DNA of 64,000 nucleotides from an uncultured Methanosarcinales archaeon (GCA_963843555.1 CAWJKV010000010.1:1-64000); one strand, 5' to 3'. Positions 52,557 to 63,727 are shown, counted from the stretch's first letter. Notes: generated by a model not told the origin, from the sequence alone. Translations and numbers: made by a program.

Positions 52557-52786
52557 ATTGCGAGAATTTTCCCTGCCACTCTCCCGAGCAGGACTGTTCC
52601 CTCTGCTTTTGCCCCTTCTATCCCTGCCTGGATGAGAGAACGGGCGGCAGAGAGAGGAACGGCTCCTGGTGTTGTGAGGACTGCCTGATCATACATCGAC
52701 CGAATGTGGCTGAAATGGTAGTGGACGGGCTCATGAAGGGCCAGTCCGTCTCACGGGTCTGGAAGATGCTGGAGGAGCTGCTGTGA
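52544..52786 (+). CDS. Cysteine-rich small domain protein (cobalamin-associated)
   Basis: CE.FPCH...QDCSLCFCPFYPC...W.C..C..IH. Confidence 0.85.
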   Translation: MQRLNCENFPCHSPEQDCSLCFCPFYPCLDERTGGRERNGSWCCEDCLIIHRPNVAEMVVDGLMKGQSVSRVWKMLEELL

Positions 52787-53730
52787 TCCCCATGATCCAG
52801 GAGAGCCTGGCCGTATTTCTTCTGGCCGTAGCCTTCGATATCCTCCTCGGTGAGCCGCCTGCCAGGATTCACCCTGTGGTCTGGATCGGCAGATTCATCG
52901 CCTTCCTGCGCACACGGGCCGGGCCGAGCCGGATGCAGGGTTTTGCCCTGGCCTTCACAGTAATTGCAGTCAGCGTTCTGACAGGCTACTTCCTGGTCTA
53001 TACCGCATCTGCAGTTCCATTTCTGCCCCTCCTGGTTGCGGCCTACCTCTTCAAATCCACCTTCGCGATTCGCTGTCTTCTGGAAGTCTCCAGGGATATA
53101 GGAAAGATGATCGATCAGGACATGGACGAAGCCAAAAAGATGCTGCCCGCGCTCGTGGGACGGGACACTGAATCCCTCACCCGCTCCCAGGCCAGCTCGG
53201 CGGTGATAGAGTCGCTATCTGAGAACTATGTGGACTCCATACTCTCTCCCATCTTCTACTACCTGGCTTTTGCGCCAGTCGGCCTGGGCCTGGAGGCGGC
53301 TATTGCCTTCAAAGCTATCAGCACCATGGATTCCATGCTCGGCTACAAGACGCCCGGGTTGAAAGAGTTGGGATATGCTGGGGCCAGGCTCGACGATCTG
53401 GCCAACTTCATTCCGGCACGCTTGAGCATTGTATTGATAGCCCTGGCACGGCCCGCGAGGGCGGGCGCGACCCTAAGGGCTGCCTTTCAATACCATAATG
53501 CCACGCCCAGCCCCAATTCCGGCTGGCCCATGGCCGCCACGGCCGGCGCTCTTGACGTTCGCCTGGAGAAGCCCGGCTACTATGTGCTGCTGGAAGATGG
53601 AAAGGAACCGCATACCTCTGATGTGCCCCGCGCCCTGGGGCTCATGAAGGCTGTCATTGCCCTGACCCTGGCGTCGGCGTTGATTATCCTGTTTTATTGG
53701 GCGCTATTCTCCGGATCCCGCGGATTTTAA
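52783..53730 (+). CDS. cbiB: Adenosylcobinamide-phosphate synthase
   Basis: GEPP..IHPVVWIG, VGRDT, TMDSMLGYK, SPNSGWPMAA.AGAL. Confidence 0.93.
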   Translation: MIPMIQESLAVFLLAVAFDILLGEPPARIHPVVWIGRFIAFLRTRAGPSRMQGFALAFTVIAVSVLTGYFLVYTASAVPFLPLLVAAYLFKSTFAIRCLLEVSRDIGKMIDQDMDEAKKMLPALVGRDTESLTRSQASSAVIESLSENYVDSILSPIFYYLAFAPVGLGLEAAIAFKAISTMDSMLGYKTPGLKELGYAGARLDDLANFIPARLSIVLIALARPARAGATLRAAFQYHNATPSPNSGWPMAATAGALDVRLEKPGYYVLLEDGKEPHTSDVPRALGLMKAVIALTLASALIILFYWALFSGSRGF

Positions 53731-53776
53731 TTTGTCACCATAATGTTTATCCGATTCGAGAGAAAAGTCTCTGCAA

Positions 53777-54427
53777 ATGGAAACCATGGCAGATCTCCTG
53801 GAGAAGGTTCGCGAATTTGCAATGTACTCTTTTACAAAGGAAGAGGCCCAGAAGCTATTTGGCTGGAATGTATCGGAGTTCCAGTTTAAAGGCACACAAA
53901 ACGACGAGACCCACGTCTTCATAGTCTTCGAAAATGGGCATATCCTTTTCATCAAGTATTTCCTCAACCTCGACCCCACGGAGACTGATGATACCTGCGA
54001 GTTTATCTTCGGCATGAGGACAGATCTGTGCTCTCGCATAAAATACGGAATCCATTACGGGAACTATATCCACGGCCAGGGTTACATCCGCCTTCGAGTC
54101 GCAGATATGAAGAATCGGATGCAACAGATGATGCTGGAAGAGTTCTATATCCCGGCCTTGAAGAACGTCTATAAACCTGTCATCATGCAGTTTAAAGGCT
54201 TCTTTGACAAGGATTTCTTTGGTGTGGAGGCGGACAACGCCAGCTCCCTGATCTACTATGCACCGGTTCGCTCCAGGAGCGAGCATAAAGAGGCCAGGAT
54301 TGGAGAGGTTATAGGCCGCTTGAACGAGCTGAACCTGCTTCTCAAGGAGCCGCAGATAAGGCATGATCTGGCAGAGATAGATTTCCAGCTCAGCCTGCTG
54401 CCATCGATGATGGGGTCCGGCCTCTAG
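53777..54427 (+). CDS. Hypothetical protein
   Basis: 216 aa aromatic-rich ORF convergent on the TPR gene. Confidence 0.7.
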   Translation: METMADLLEKVREFAMYSFTKEEAQKLFGWNVSEFQFKGTQNDETHVFIVFENGHILFIKYFLNLDPTETDDTCEFIFGMRTDLCSRIKYGIHYGNYIHGQGYIRLRVADMKNRMQQMMLEEFYIPALKNVYKPVIMQFKGFFDKDFFGVEADNASSLIYYAPVRSRSEHKEARIGEVIGRLNELNLLLKEPQIRHDLAEIDFQLSLLPSMMGSGL

Positions 54428-57400
54428 CCGGTCTTTTTGCAGCAATCCAATTGACCGGGCAGCTGCTCCAGCAGCTCTTCATAATCCCCTTTCTGAAGCT
54501 TCTCTCGCAAAAGGCTGGCTTGATGCCCCTCCTCCGGCCGGATTGCTGCCGTTTCCAGGAAATCGATGACTTTTCCGGCGATCTGATGAAAGGCGGCGGA
54601 AGGGAATCTTTCGCCCTCATTCCAGGCCATGCGAAGGGCATTGATGTAGTCCGCTCTGGCCTCTTCCTTGCGGCCGGTATGCGCTTCGCACTCTGCCAGA
54701 TCGGCCAGGGCCTTGATATTCAGGTCGGCATATCCGAGCATTCTCGCCTGGCGCTGCCGCAGGATGGCCATCTCCTCGGCTCGCGCATAGTCCTCCTGGG
54801 CCAGGAAGAGAAAAGTCAGATCATGGTAGAGGGTGATGATATCAAACAATGCACCCAGGTGGATGAAGGCTGATAGCGCTTTTTGCAGCTTGACCAGGGC
54901 CTCTGCATAGTCCCTCCTGGCCAGGGCCAGCCTCCCCAGATTGGCAATGGCTTTTGCCTCCTCGTGGAGATTGGAGATCCTCCGGGCTAAAGAGAGAGCC
55001 TTCTCAAAGCAGCTCTCTGCCTCGGTGTGGAGACCATCCTTCTGATAGAGCTCCCCTTGAGTATTGTAGAGCAGGATCTTCAGGGGCGGGTAATCAGTAC
55101 GTGATATCAGGGTCTCGGCCCGGGAGAGATAGAACCTGCTCTCCAGAGATCGACCCTCTCGAATCTTGAAGAGAGCTGCCGCCAAATAGCCCTCGCACAA
55201 ATCAGGCAACGCACCGAGACCTTCCAGGAGATCTATAGCCTCGCAAAATAACAGATCAGCATCATTCAATTGACCCATCTGGCCGAGGATAGTGCCCAGG
55301 TTCAGCTTGGCCAGGGCGATACAGGGAACAGCATCAAGATTCTGAAATAGATTCAAGGCTTCACCAAACATCGCCTGAGCCCTGGCCAGATCGCCCTTGT
55401 CTTTATGGACAAGTGCCATATTGAAGATCACCTGAGCACGGTTGTAGAGTTCACCCGTCCTGCCGAAGAGCTCCAGGCTTTCTTTGTAGCTGGAAAGGGC
55501 CATTTCCCACTGGCAGCGATCCGTGTAGCTGCCTGCCAGTGCAGCGAGCACCTCGGCCTGGCCGGAGAGGTCGCCAACTGCCTCCAGCTCACTTAGCTGC
55601 TTCAGGTAATCATCGATTCTGGAAGGAGTGTCTCCCCGGCCGACCTTGATCATGTCGATACTGGCCTGCATCTCAGCCGCACCCTCTCTATCCCGCAGAC
55701 GCTTCTCTATTTCCAGGCCCCTCTGGAAATGCTCCAGAGCCAGATCTCGCTCGCCCCTGCGGTGATAGAAGTTGCCGAGATTGCCAAGCACCTGGGCCAC
55801 ACCTGCCCAGTCGTCCAGCTTCTCGAAGAGATCCAGGCTCTTTTGGTAGCTCTCCAGAGCCCCCGACCATTCGCCTCTCTTATAACAGAGGCTGGCCACA
55901 TTGCTCAAGACAGAGGCCTCGCTCTGGGCATCGCCCGCCTTTTCAAAGCCCTCCAGACTGAAACGGTAGTTCTCCAGAGCTCTTGTCCAGTCGCCGCGTC
56001 GATAGCAGATATTGCCCAGGTTGTTCCTGGCCACGCTCAGGGCGTAGATGTCACCCAGCCGCTCCAGGATGGCCAGACTCTCATGATAACTATCCATGGC
56101 ATCATCCCACTGGCCAAGATCGGCACGGAGGTTGCCAAAGGAGCATAGGACGGTCGCCACCGCCTGAGAGTCGCCCATAGATCTGAGTATATCCAGAACC
56201 TGGGCGTATTTGGCTTCCGCCTCCTGCCACTGTCCACGCCGCAAGCTTACATTGACCAGCGGTCCCAGGACCTCAATCATAGCAGATGAGTCTTCTCTCT
56301 CGATCTCCAACGACAGGCTATCCCGGAAGTGCTGCATAGCTCCCTCCAGATCGCCTTCTTCGGCCATGATGATTGCCAGACCGAGCAATGATCTCCCCTC
56401 TCCTCTGGAGTCTCCCATCTCCCGGAAGCCCTCCAGGCTCTGGCAATACATCTCCCGAGCCTTTTCCTTTTGACCGGACCGGAAATAGACCGTGGCCAGA
56501 TTGCCAAGCGTTGTGGCTATGCCGTGTTTATCATTCTCTGCACTCCTGGCCTCCAGGCTCAGGTTGTAGCATAAAACGGCTTGCAGGCTATCGCCCCGAT
56601 CTGAGTGAAGGTTTCCCAGATTGTTTTGTGCCGCAGCAAATCCGCTAACATCTCCCAGATTCTCAAAAGTCAGAGCCGCTTCATCAAAATGGGACTTTGC
56701 CAAATCCCATTCTCCTTTGAGCTGAAGAGCCAGGCCCAGGTTTAGCTTTGCGGTGGCTGCGCCCAGCTCATCTCCTAGCTGCTCTCTCGTTGTAATGCTC
56801 TTCTGGAAATAATCCTGGGCCAGGGAAAAGTCACCCTTACTCTGATAGATCAGCCCCAGATTGGATTGGGTCTGGGATGATCTCTGCTTATTGCCCAGAC
56901 GATCGAAGACTTCCAGCGCACGGCCATAGTAGTCCAGTGCAGTATCCAGTTCGCCCTGCAAATGATGCATGCTTCCCAGGTTGGATAGTGACTCAGCCGC
57001 AGACAAAGGTTCGCCGTTTTCCATAGACAAGACTGCAGCCCTCTGGTAGCACTCTATGGCCAATGCCAATTCGAGGCGTTCGGTTTGGATCAGCCCCATG
57101 CAATTGAGGGCAGCCACAGCTCCGCTGCGATCCTTCTGTTGCTCCTTGATCTCCAGGCATTGCCGGGAGCATTGCAGGGCTTCCTCCAGGAGACCTTGCC
57201 GGCGGTGGATGCCCGCCAATAAAAGGAGCGCATCCGCAATGGCGGAGGAGTCGCCCTGGCCCTCCATGATTGCGATGCCCCTCTGCAGATGGTCTTCTGC
57301 AGAGATGCATTCACCCTGCTCCAGGAAGCATTGGGCCATGCGAGAAAGAGTTTGGGAAGCGAGGGTCGGATTGCTTTCCTGCAGGGCAACCACGCACTTC

Positions 57401-58281
57401 CCATAATCGTCCAGGGCTTCCTTAAACCTGCCTTCATGGAAGTGCATATCAGCCAGGCGGTTTTGCATCTCGGCCGAGCCTGCCCTGTCATCGAGATCTT
57501 CCAGATAGTGCCTGGCCGCTTCCAGGCAGCTTTGCGCACGTTTGCCATTGCCGGTGAGCTGATAGATTGAAGACAGGGCGGCCAGAGCCCGGGCTGTGCC
57601 ACTCAAATCGTGGGCCAGCTCCCGCTCGCCGAGACACTTCCGATAGCATTCCTCCGCCCGGGAAAGGTCCCCTTCCATCTGGTATAGATCGCCCAAATTG
57701 CTGAGTGCATCAGCCCGGCCGGCTCTGTCATCAGCCAGGAGCACATCCAGAATGCGAGAATAGCACGATACAGCTTGAGGGTACTCACCCTGCAGCCGGT
57801 AGATGCTGCCCAGATTTCCTAAAATCGGGCGCATAAGTGAGGATTTTTCGCATCCATCTATGGCCCGCAGGGCTTTTTCATAGCACAGGCAAGCGCGATT
57901 CCAGTCTTCTTCTTCGCCGTAGAGGCTGCCCAGGCTGAACATCACTCGCGAGACATTCTCATGGTCGCCCTGAATATTCGCAAGGCTTGCGCTCTTCTCA
58001 TAGTATTCGATGGCTGCCTGATGGAAGAATAAGCGGTGAGCCAGAAAGCCCAGGTTGAACCAGGCCTGGAAGCTGTTGATGTGAGAGGCGTAATCAGCCA
58101 GTTCGGCAAGCTTTTCTTGCATAAGATCTTCATCGGAAGAGAGTATGGCCTCAATGAAAGAAGAAATAAGCTCGGGCACATTCTGGGATAGGCCCCTCAG
58201 CCGCTCCGGCTCGTAGCCACCTGGGTCAGAAAGGATCTCGGCAAAAGACCCGAGGCATGAGACAATGCGGTCGGTGGGCAC
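54424..58281 (-). CDS. Very large TPR (40-aa TPR_12-like) repeat protein, 1285 aa
   Basis: Continuous NLG.(Y)...G.W..A...Y..SL...E..GD repeats; no catalytic domain seen. Confidence 0.9.
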   Translation of the reverse strand: MPTDRIVSCLGSFAEILSDPGGYEPERLRGLSQNVPELISSFIEAILSSDEDLMQEKLAELADYASHINSFQAWFNLGFLAHRLFFHQAAIEYYEKSASLANIQGDHENVSRVMFSLGSLYGEEEDWNRACLCYEKALRAIDGCEKSSLMRPILGNLGSIYRLQGEYPQAVSCYSRILDVLLADDRAGRADALSNLGDLYQMEGDLSRAEECYRKCLGERELAHDLSGTARALAALSSIYQLTGNGKRAQSCLEAARHYLEDLDDRAGSAEMQNRLADMHFHEGRFKEALDDYGKCVVALQESNPTLASQTLSRMAQCFLEQGECISAEDHLQRGIAIMEGQGDSSAIADALLLLAGIHRRQGLLEEALQCSRQCLEIKEQQKDRSGAVAALNCMGLIQTERLELALAIECYQRAAVLSMENGEPLSAAESLSNLGSMHHLQGELDTALDYYGRALEVFDRLGNKQRSSQTQSNLGLIYQSKGDFSLAQDYFQKSITTREQLGDELGAATAKLNLGLALQLKGEWDLAKSHFDEAALTFENLGDVSGFAAAQNNLGNLHSDRGDSLQAVLCYNLSLEARSAENDKHGIATTLGNLATVYFRSGQKEKAREMYCQSLEGFREMGDSRGEGRSLLGLAIIMAEEGDLEGAMQHFRDSLSLEIEREDSSAMIEVLGPLVNVSLRRGQWQEAEAKYAQVLDILRSMGDSQAVATVLCSFGNLRADLGQWDDAMDSYHESLAILERLGDIYALSVARNNLGNICYRRGDWTRALENYRFSLEGFEKAGDAQSEASVLSNVASLCYKRGEWSGALESYQKSLDLFEKLDDWAGVAQVLGNLGNFYHRRGERDLALEHFQRGLEIEKRLRDREGAAEMQASIDMIKVGRGDTPSRIDDYLKQLSELEAVGDLSGQAEVLAALAGSYTDRCQWEMALSSYKESLELFGRTGELYNRAQVIFNMALVHKDKGDLARAQAMFGEALNLFQNLDAVPCIALAKLNLGTILGQMGQLNDADLLFCEAIDLLEGLGALPDLCEGYLAAALFKIREGRSLESRFYLSRAETLISRTDYPPLKILLYNTQGELYQKDGLHTEAESCFEKALSLARRISNLHEEAKAIANLGRLALARRDYAEALVKLQKALSAFIHLGALFDIITLYHDLTFLFLAQEDYARAEEMAILRQRQARMLGYADLNIKALADLAECEAHTGRKEEARADYINALRMAWNEGERFPSAAFHQIAGKVIDFLETAAIRPEEGHQASLLREKLQKGDYEELLEQLPGQLDCCKKTG

Positions 58282-58702
58282 GTTATTTGCACCTCGGATG
58301 TGAATCAGATGGATCTGCGAAGAAATTTAGGCAGGAAAGGAATCCTGGATCCTTCACATTTGTGAGACCATCGATATCAAACAACACATATTCCCCCAGA
58401 ACTACCAGAATATTAACACTAACTTATTTCATATGTATAAACTGTTCGTCCATATAAATTCTTTGATTTCTTTAGAATGTTAGACACTTAACATACAAAA
58501 ATTAATATTGATTGGCGACGAAATGGATCAGTTATATACAACTCCGGGGCCAGAAGATTCGGATCGAAAATAAGATGTGTTTTTTTACATTTACAGTTTT
58601 ATATATATTTTGAGTCCGCATAAGCCCGGAACTGCTGGCCTGCATTGGACATGCCATGAGCCCACGACGTCCGACGCAAGTTGTCAGCCTCTTGCTCTGG
58701 AG

Positions 58703-59089
58703 CTACTTAAGTACCAGCTTCAATGCTCGCTGGGGGCAGCCCATGACACAGGCTCCGCACTGAATGCACTTACCTGAATCGGCAACGACCCGCCAATCCT
58801 CAAAGCGAAAGGTCTTCGTAGGGCAGATGGAAACACATGCCCCACAGTGGACGCATTCATTCTCATCCCTGATTACAGGTATCTCCAGGGGCACGACCCT
58901 AACGCCCCGTCTCTCGAAGGCCTCCTTTACCTCTACACACTTTTCGGAGGGAACTTCCAGAACGATCTCTCCACTCACGGCATCGATGCTGGCCCTCTCA
59001 ATATTCACCAGGGCCGAGGTCTCCAGAATGACTGAAGCTATGAGTGGATAGCGGACGATACCAGGGGCAACATGAAGCATCAGTTTCAT
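58703..59089 (-). CDS. NIL-domain 2x4Fe-4S ferredoxin (partner of the homocysteine synthesis enzyme)
   Basis: VNIERA; CVHCGACVSICP; CIQCGACVMGCP. Confidence 0.88.
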   Translation of the reverse strand: MKLMLHVAPGIVRYPLIASVILETSALVNIERASIDAVSGEIVLEVPSEKCVEVKEAFERRGVRVVPLEIPVIRDENECVHCGACVSICPTKTFRFEDWRVVADSGKCIQCGACVMGCPQRALKLVLK

Positions 59090-59091
59090 CT

Positions 59092-60594
59092 CTACCGCCT
59101 CCGCGCAAAAAGCCGGGAAAGGTGATCGCTGGTAATCATTCCGATCACTTTATCCTCTCTATCCACTACCGGCAATGCCGAAATGCTATGCGTATCCAGA
59201 GTTCGAGCAGCCAGCTCAATTGGCTCATCCAATCGGGCAGAATGAACCCGCCTGGTCATGATCTCTGCAATCCGGGAGGGCTTGCCGCTGGCTACTGCTT
59301 TGGATATATCCCAGGCAGTGATGATACCCATCAGCCTTCCATCCTTGGAGACCACCGGCAGATGATCAAAGCTGCCGCTCACAATCAACTTGGCCGCCTT
59401 ATCCACTGGGATATCCTCCTGAACTGTGACCACGTCGCGGCTCATGACATCACCCACGTTTGGCGACTCCTTGGTCTGCTTCATGGGCCGGGAACTGCCC
59501 ACGCGTGATAGAGGCTCCACAGCCTGACTGAGCAGAAACTCGCCCTTCTCGACCTCCTCCTTCAGAGTCCTGGCAACCTCTCTTGCCACCTGGAAGCTGG
59601 AGAGGGAGGAGCTTGCCACCTCCTTTCCATTCAATTCGATCGTTCCTGACTTCAGGTCTTCATAGCTTACCATTCTGATAGAGGGACGGTCCCGGCGCTG
59701 GATGCCGTAATCCACTACAGGAACAGTGATATCTCTATCCCGCACGGCAGTGCTCCTGGCCAGCTTCTCATTCAGGATCGGTATGGGAATTCCCAGGCCC
59801 AGGTACAGACTGGGGCCGTATTTATGAAATGTAGCCGCTCGCAGGAAACGGTTGCTCATCTTTTTCATGTCTCCCGTGACCATGAGCGTGGAGAAGTTAT
59901 TCTGGGGATTATGCTGCGTGCCGGAGCCGATGACAAATCCCTGCGCTCCTCCCAGAAAAATGCGCGTGCCGATCCCGATGTAGTCGAAGTTTGGATCATT
60001 GGACAGGGGCGAGAGCACTCCTGCACCGCTATAGTGAATATTGCCAAAGCCCGGAAGCAGCGTGCCCATGTAGGTATGCATCGTCCTATCGGATGAATTG
60101 GTGGCCGCATTGTAGCGCTGGTAAGCGTTGCGTGGATTGACCATGGTGGCCTGGTTGAAGTCCTCCAGGCGTAGACTGGTCTCAAGTTCCATCTGGGGGT
60201 AGCAGTCAGTGGGTCCACCCTGGGCCTCAACTTCGATCTGCTTTCCCGAGACGAGATCTTCTATGACATGGGCCCCACCATACTCGATTCCTCGATCCTC
60301 CGAAGGCTGAGTCGCTCCCAGGAAGAGATCGACAGCCGCGATGCCGCCATAGGCCTCCACCTTATTGAGCATAGCCCGGACAATTTTTATGGGCGGGTCG
60401 CTGTGGCCCAGATTGAGAAAGACTCCCGAGGAGCACATGGCTCCAAAGGTTCCAGTGGTTACTACGTCCACCTCGCGCACCGCTCCTGCAGGGCCCAGCT
60501 CGTCCACGAGGTCTGGCATCTCTTCTGCTGTTACGACGCGGGCCGAGCCGTCACGAATGCGTTCGTTAATCTCTGATAACGACTTCTCTTGCAC
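59092..60594 (-). CDS. L-aspartate semialdehyde sulfurtransferase (DUF39 + CBS; homocysteine biosynthesis)
   Basis: VDVVTTGTFGAMCSSG, NPRNAYQ.Y, C-terminal CBS pair. Confidence 0.9.
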   Translation of the reverse strand: MQEKSLSEINERIRDGSARVVTAEEMPDLVDELGPAGAVREVDVVTTGTFGAMCSSGVFLNLGHSDPPIKIVRAMLNKVEAYGGIAAVDLFLGATQPSEDRGIEYGGAHVIEDLVSGKQIEVEAQGGPTDCYPQMELETSLRLEDFNQATMVNPRNAYQRYNAATNSSDRTMHTYMGTLLPGFGNIHYSGAGVLSPLSNDPNFDYIGIGTRIFLGGAQGFVIGSGTQHNPQNNFSTLMVTGDMKKMSNRFLRAATFHKYGPSLYLGLGIPIPILNEKLARSTAVRDRDITVPVVDYGIQRRDRPSIRMVSYEDLKSGTIELNGKEVASSSLSSFQVAREVARTLKEEVEKGEFLLSQAVEPLSRVGSSRPMKQTKESPNVGDVMSRDVVTVQEDIPVDKAAKLIVSGSFDHLPVVSKDGRLMGIITAWDISKAVASGKPSRIAEIMTRRVHSARLDEPIELAARTLDTHSISALPVVDREDKVIGMITSDHLSRLFARRR

Positions 60595-60685
60595 ATTGGC
60601 TCAAAAGTCGGCAATCCGATAAAAACTTATTGGGCTTTTCCAGTCCAACAACGTTATCTGCCTTAACCAAAATGGAGTCGATCAG

Positions 60686-62188
60686 ATGCCACAGATGCCC
60701 GGCAAGAGAATTGTTCTCACCAGCGACCCCACCATGATGAGCAGCTATCACGGCGGTGTAATGCTCGGCTTTGCCTCCATCATGCCGAGATCGATGCTGC
60801 CGGACTGGATATTCCGAAAATTTTTCTGCCCGCCCGTGCCCGTACTTGAGGACGGCTCTGCAGCAATCGCCCCCTGCGGCATGAGAAAAGTGGAAGCGGC
60901 TTTGCTGGACGCAGGCTTCACCAGGGAGGAAGTGATGGTGGCCCATCCCTATCACCTGGACAGGGCCATCGGCCCGGAGACGGAGATCGTGGGGATAACT
61001 CATGACGACCCCATGGGAAAGATCGCGTTTCGTGAAATCGAGGATATCATAGGACGCGGACCCCCCTTCAACCGTTCCAAGTTTCTGGAACTGGTTCGCC
61101 ACCCGCTCATAAAAGAGCACAGGCCGAAGGTTGTTCTAGGAGGCAACGGCGCCTGGGAGGTGATGGGCGAGGACGTGGGCGTCGACCACATCTACCTTGG
61201 CGAAGGAGAGGGCGATTTTCCCGAGATTTGCCGCAAGATCATGAGTGGAGAGGCCGTCCCTTCTGTGATCCGGGGGACAGCGGTTCCAGGAGAGCGGATT
61301 CCCACTAATCGCGGCGCTACCATCGGAGGCATCGTGGAGATCGGCAGAGGCTGCTGGAGGGGGTGCGCCTTCTGCTCGCCGGCCATGCGCACCATGCGTC
61401 ATCGGCCGCTGGAAAATGTCCTGGAGGATGTGCGAGTAAACCTGGCTGCTGGTCAGAGGGACATCATCCTGCACAGCGAGGATTTCTTCGCTTATGGCTC
61501 GGCCGGGATGATCTCCAATGAGGAGAAGGTGCTGGAGCTGGTGTCAAGAGTAAAGCAGCTCGGACCGAAGACCATGGACGTCTCGCACTTGAGCCTGGCT
61601 GCAATCCATCAGAACCAGGGGCTTTTGAGAAAGATCTCCGAGATTGTAGGCATCGGCGCGGATCAGAATCACATGTCCGCCTGGATCGGCATTGAGACAG
61701 GAAGCTGTCGCATACTGGAGATGCATATGCCGCGCAAAGCACTTCCAGGTGAGACCGGCAACTGGCCAGAGATCGTGAGAGATTGCTACCGTCTCTTCGC
61801 CGAGGAGTCCTGGCTTCCAGTAGCCAGCCTGGTCCTGGGCCTGCCGGGAGAGAGAGCAGAGGATGTCGTCCAGACCACAGAACTGGTGGAGTCTCTGATG
61901 GACTATACCGGGCTCATTCTGCCGCTTTTTTTCACCACCATCGCCGATACAAAGCTTGGCGGCACAAGAGGCTTTAGCAAAGAGGATGCTCTGCCTGAGC
62001 ACTGGCAGCTGGTGGGATTGTGTCTGGAGTATAACCTCAGACACCTCAAGAAACTGCACCGTCTCTACAGCGAGAGAATGACCGCCAGTTCATTAGAACA
62101 CGCCGCCCTGACTGGAATAAATCTGATGGCGGACGTTGTCTTGAATAGGTATATGAAGAGAATGAAAAGAGGCGAGCCCCCCAATTGA
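60686..62188 (+). CDS. B12-binding-domain radical SAM protein
   Basis: GRGCWRGCAFC, GIETGS, LVLGLPGE. Confidence 0.88.
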   Translation: MPQMPGKRIVLTSDPTMMSSYHGGVMLGFASIMPRSMLPDWIFRKFFCPPVPVLEDGSAAIAPCGMRKVEAALLDAGFTREEVMVAHPYHLDRAIGPETEIVGITHDDPMGKIAFREIEDIIGRGPPFNRSKFLELVRHPLIKEHRPKVVLGGNGAWEVMGEDVGVDHIYLGEGEGDFPEICRKIMSGEAVPSVIRGTAVPGERIPTNRGATIGGIVEIGRGCWRGCAFCSPAMRTMRHRPLENVLEDVRVNLAAGQRDIILHSEDFFAYGSAGMISNEEKVLELVSRVKQLGPKTMDVSHLSLAAIHQNQGLLRKISEIVGIGADQNHMSAWIGIETGSCRILEMHMPRKALPGETGNWPEIVRDCYRLFAEESWLPVASLVLGLPGERAEDVVQTTELVESLMDYTGLILPLFFTTIADTKLGGTRGFSKEDALPEHWQLVGLCLEYNLRHLKKLHRLYSERMTASSLEHAALTGINLMADVVLNRYMKRMKRGEPPN

Positions 62189-62222
62189 GTTTTGAAAGAC
62201 TCCTGCGAGGCGATGCCGTCTA

Positions 62223-62525
62223 TTAATAATTCTCCAGAACGGACCTCACCACACCCTTGTGGTCTCCTTTGAGGGAATATACGTTATGGTCTCCGGAAAC
62301 ATCAATGCTCAGAATGCCCAGGCGAGTATTCATAAGCCCCACCATAGCCGAGACTCCACGATAGCTGACGTCAAAACCTTCCTTCGCGAGGTATGTGAAG
62401 ACGTCCTCAGTGGTGTAAGCTCCATCGCTTAAAAACAGCTTTAGGACGGCCTTCCTGATTCCTATACCGTCCCGCTTAAGATAATTCCTGAGTCTCTCCT
62501 GGATTCGTTCTTCAGCGCTCTCCAT
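62223..62525 (-). CDS. DUF2551 family protein
   Basis: RDGIGIRKAVL, VSAMVGLMNTRLGIL. Confidence 0.8.
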   Translation of the reverse strand: MESAEERIQERLRNYLKRDGIGIRKAVLKLFLSDGAYTTEDVFTYLAKEGFDVSYRGVSAMVGLMNTRLGILSIDVSGDHNVYSLKGDHKGVVRSVLENY

Positions 62526-62563
62526 CCGGTAAAATCACCGCCTCGAAATAATGAATTTAAGGA

Positions 62564-63604
62564 TTATAAAGGTATTCTCTCTACGACCAGCCCGTTCTCC
62601 AGGGGATACTTCTCAATTATACTGAGAATACATTTTGCGCTCTTTAGCTCCAGAGATATATCCTCGAGGATTGAAGCCGCAATATCTATCTGCCCGTTCC
62701 GGCAGGAATACATCTCTTCTGGAACCATCAGATCCCCAAGAATCTGCCGAGCCATTTGCAGATCGCCCTCGATTATGCCGTGAATTATGGTGCCGTCCGG
62801 GCTCACATAATCAAAGGGCCGGGCCGTGTGGTCCGCCCTGCGCAGCAATCGCTCTTTTAGCTGCACCGCATCCTTGAAGCGAGAAGGACAGTAGTGCACT
62901 TTGATGTCATCTCTGAGAAAGTGATCTCTGGCGACCTCTTCGCTTCCTATGGCCGCGCAGCCCAGCTCCTCTGGCAAGAAACCCTCCAGAGCGAGGCCAG
63001 CAAAGTTTGTCTCGGAATACTCCAGCTCATTGAGGTTAAGAAAGGCATCAGCATCTCGTACGGCCTCAACGATCTTGGGAGCAGATTTTATGGCGGGTAT
63101 CTCCACTCCTGCCTCCAATCCGCTGGCCTTTGCCTCCAGCAGTGTTTCCTTCAAGCCGACCGGATTGGACCATTCCGAGACCGGGGGGTGAAAGCGGATC
63201 TCATCCAGACCGGCCTGTTTCAGCTTCTCTAGAACCGCTTTTTCAGGAAGAAGGCCGGAATAGAGGTGAATGTGGTGCTCAGGCCCAAACTCGTGCTTTA
63301 AAGCGGTGATGCATTCCAGGACATAGTCCAATCTCAGAAGGGGTTCTCCGCCGGTGATTCCCGTTCCCAGGGCACGAATTGCCCGGGCTTCTTCCAGGAT
63401 ATCCAACAATCCGTGCACGGGCTGCTCATCCGCAAATACTGCGTCGTGTCCTCTCCGTTCCTCGGAGATTGGGCAGTAAAAACAGCTGCGTATGCATCTG
63501 CCCGTGACGAATAGCACCAGGCCCGCGCCCTGCCGGCAGATCCGGCAGCCTGCCGGCAGATAGTTGTAAATCGACCCAACCGAATCGGATTGCCACTCGA
63601 CCAT
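62564..63604 (-). CDS. Archaeal radical SAM protein
   Basis: CIRSCFYCP, GITGGEP, LDEIRFHP; probable start MVEWQ at 63604. Confidence 0.88.
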   Translation of the reverse strand: MVEWQSDSVGSIYNYLPAGCRICRQGAGLVLFVTGRCIRSCFYCPISEERRGHDAVFADEQPVHGLLDILEEARAIRALGTGITGGEPLLRLDYVLECITALKHEFGPEHHIHLYSGLLPEKAVLEKLKQAGLDEIRFHPPVSEWSNPVGLKETLLEAKASGLEAGVEIPAIKSAPKIVEAVRDADAFLNLNELEYSETNFAGLALEGFLPEELGCAAIGSEEVARDHFLRDDIKVHYCPSRFKDAVQLKERLLRRADHTARPFDYVSPDGTIIHGIIEGDLQMARQILGDLMVPEEMYSCRNGQIDIAASILEDISLELKSAKCILSIIEKYPLENGLVVERIPL

Positions 63605-63727
63605 AATAGAAGGGACCAATGCCCAGGGATTAATCAATTTTGTGGCATCAAAACGGTTATCAGAGAGAAGGGCATTAATCTTTCCAGAGAAAGAATATAT
63701 TAAAAATATATTAAAGGATGGTTGTTT

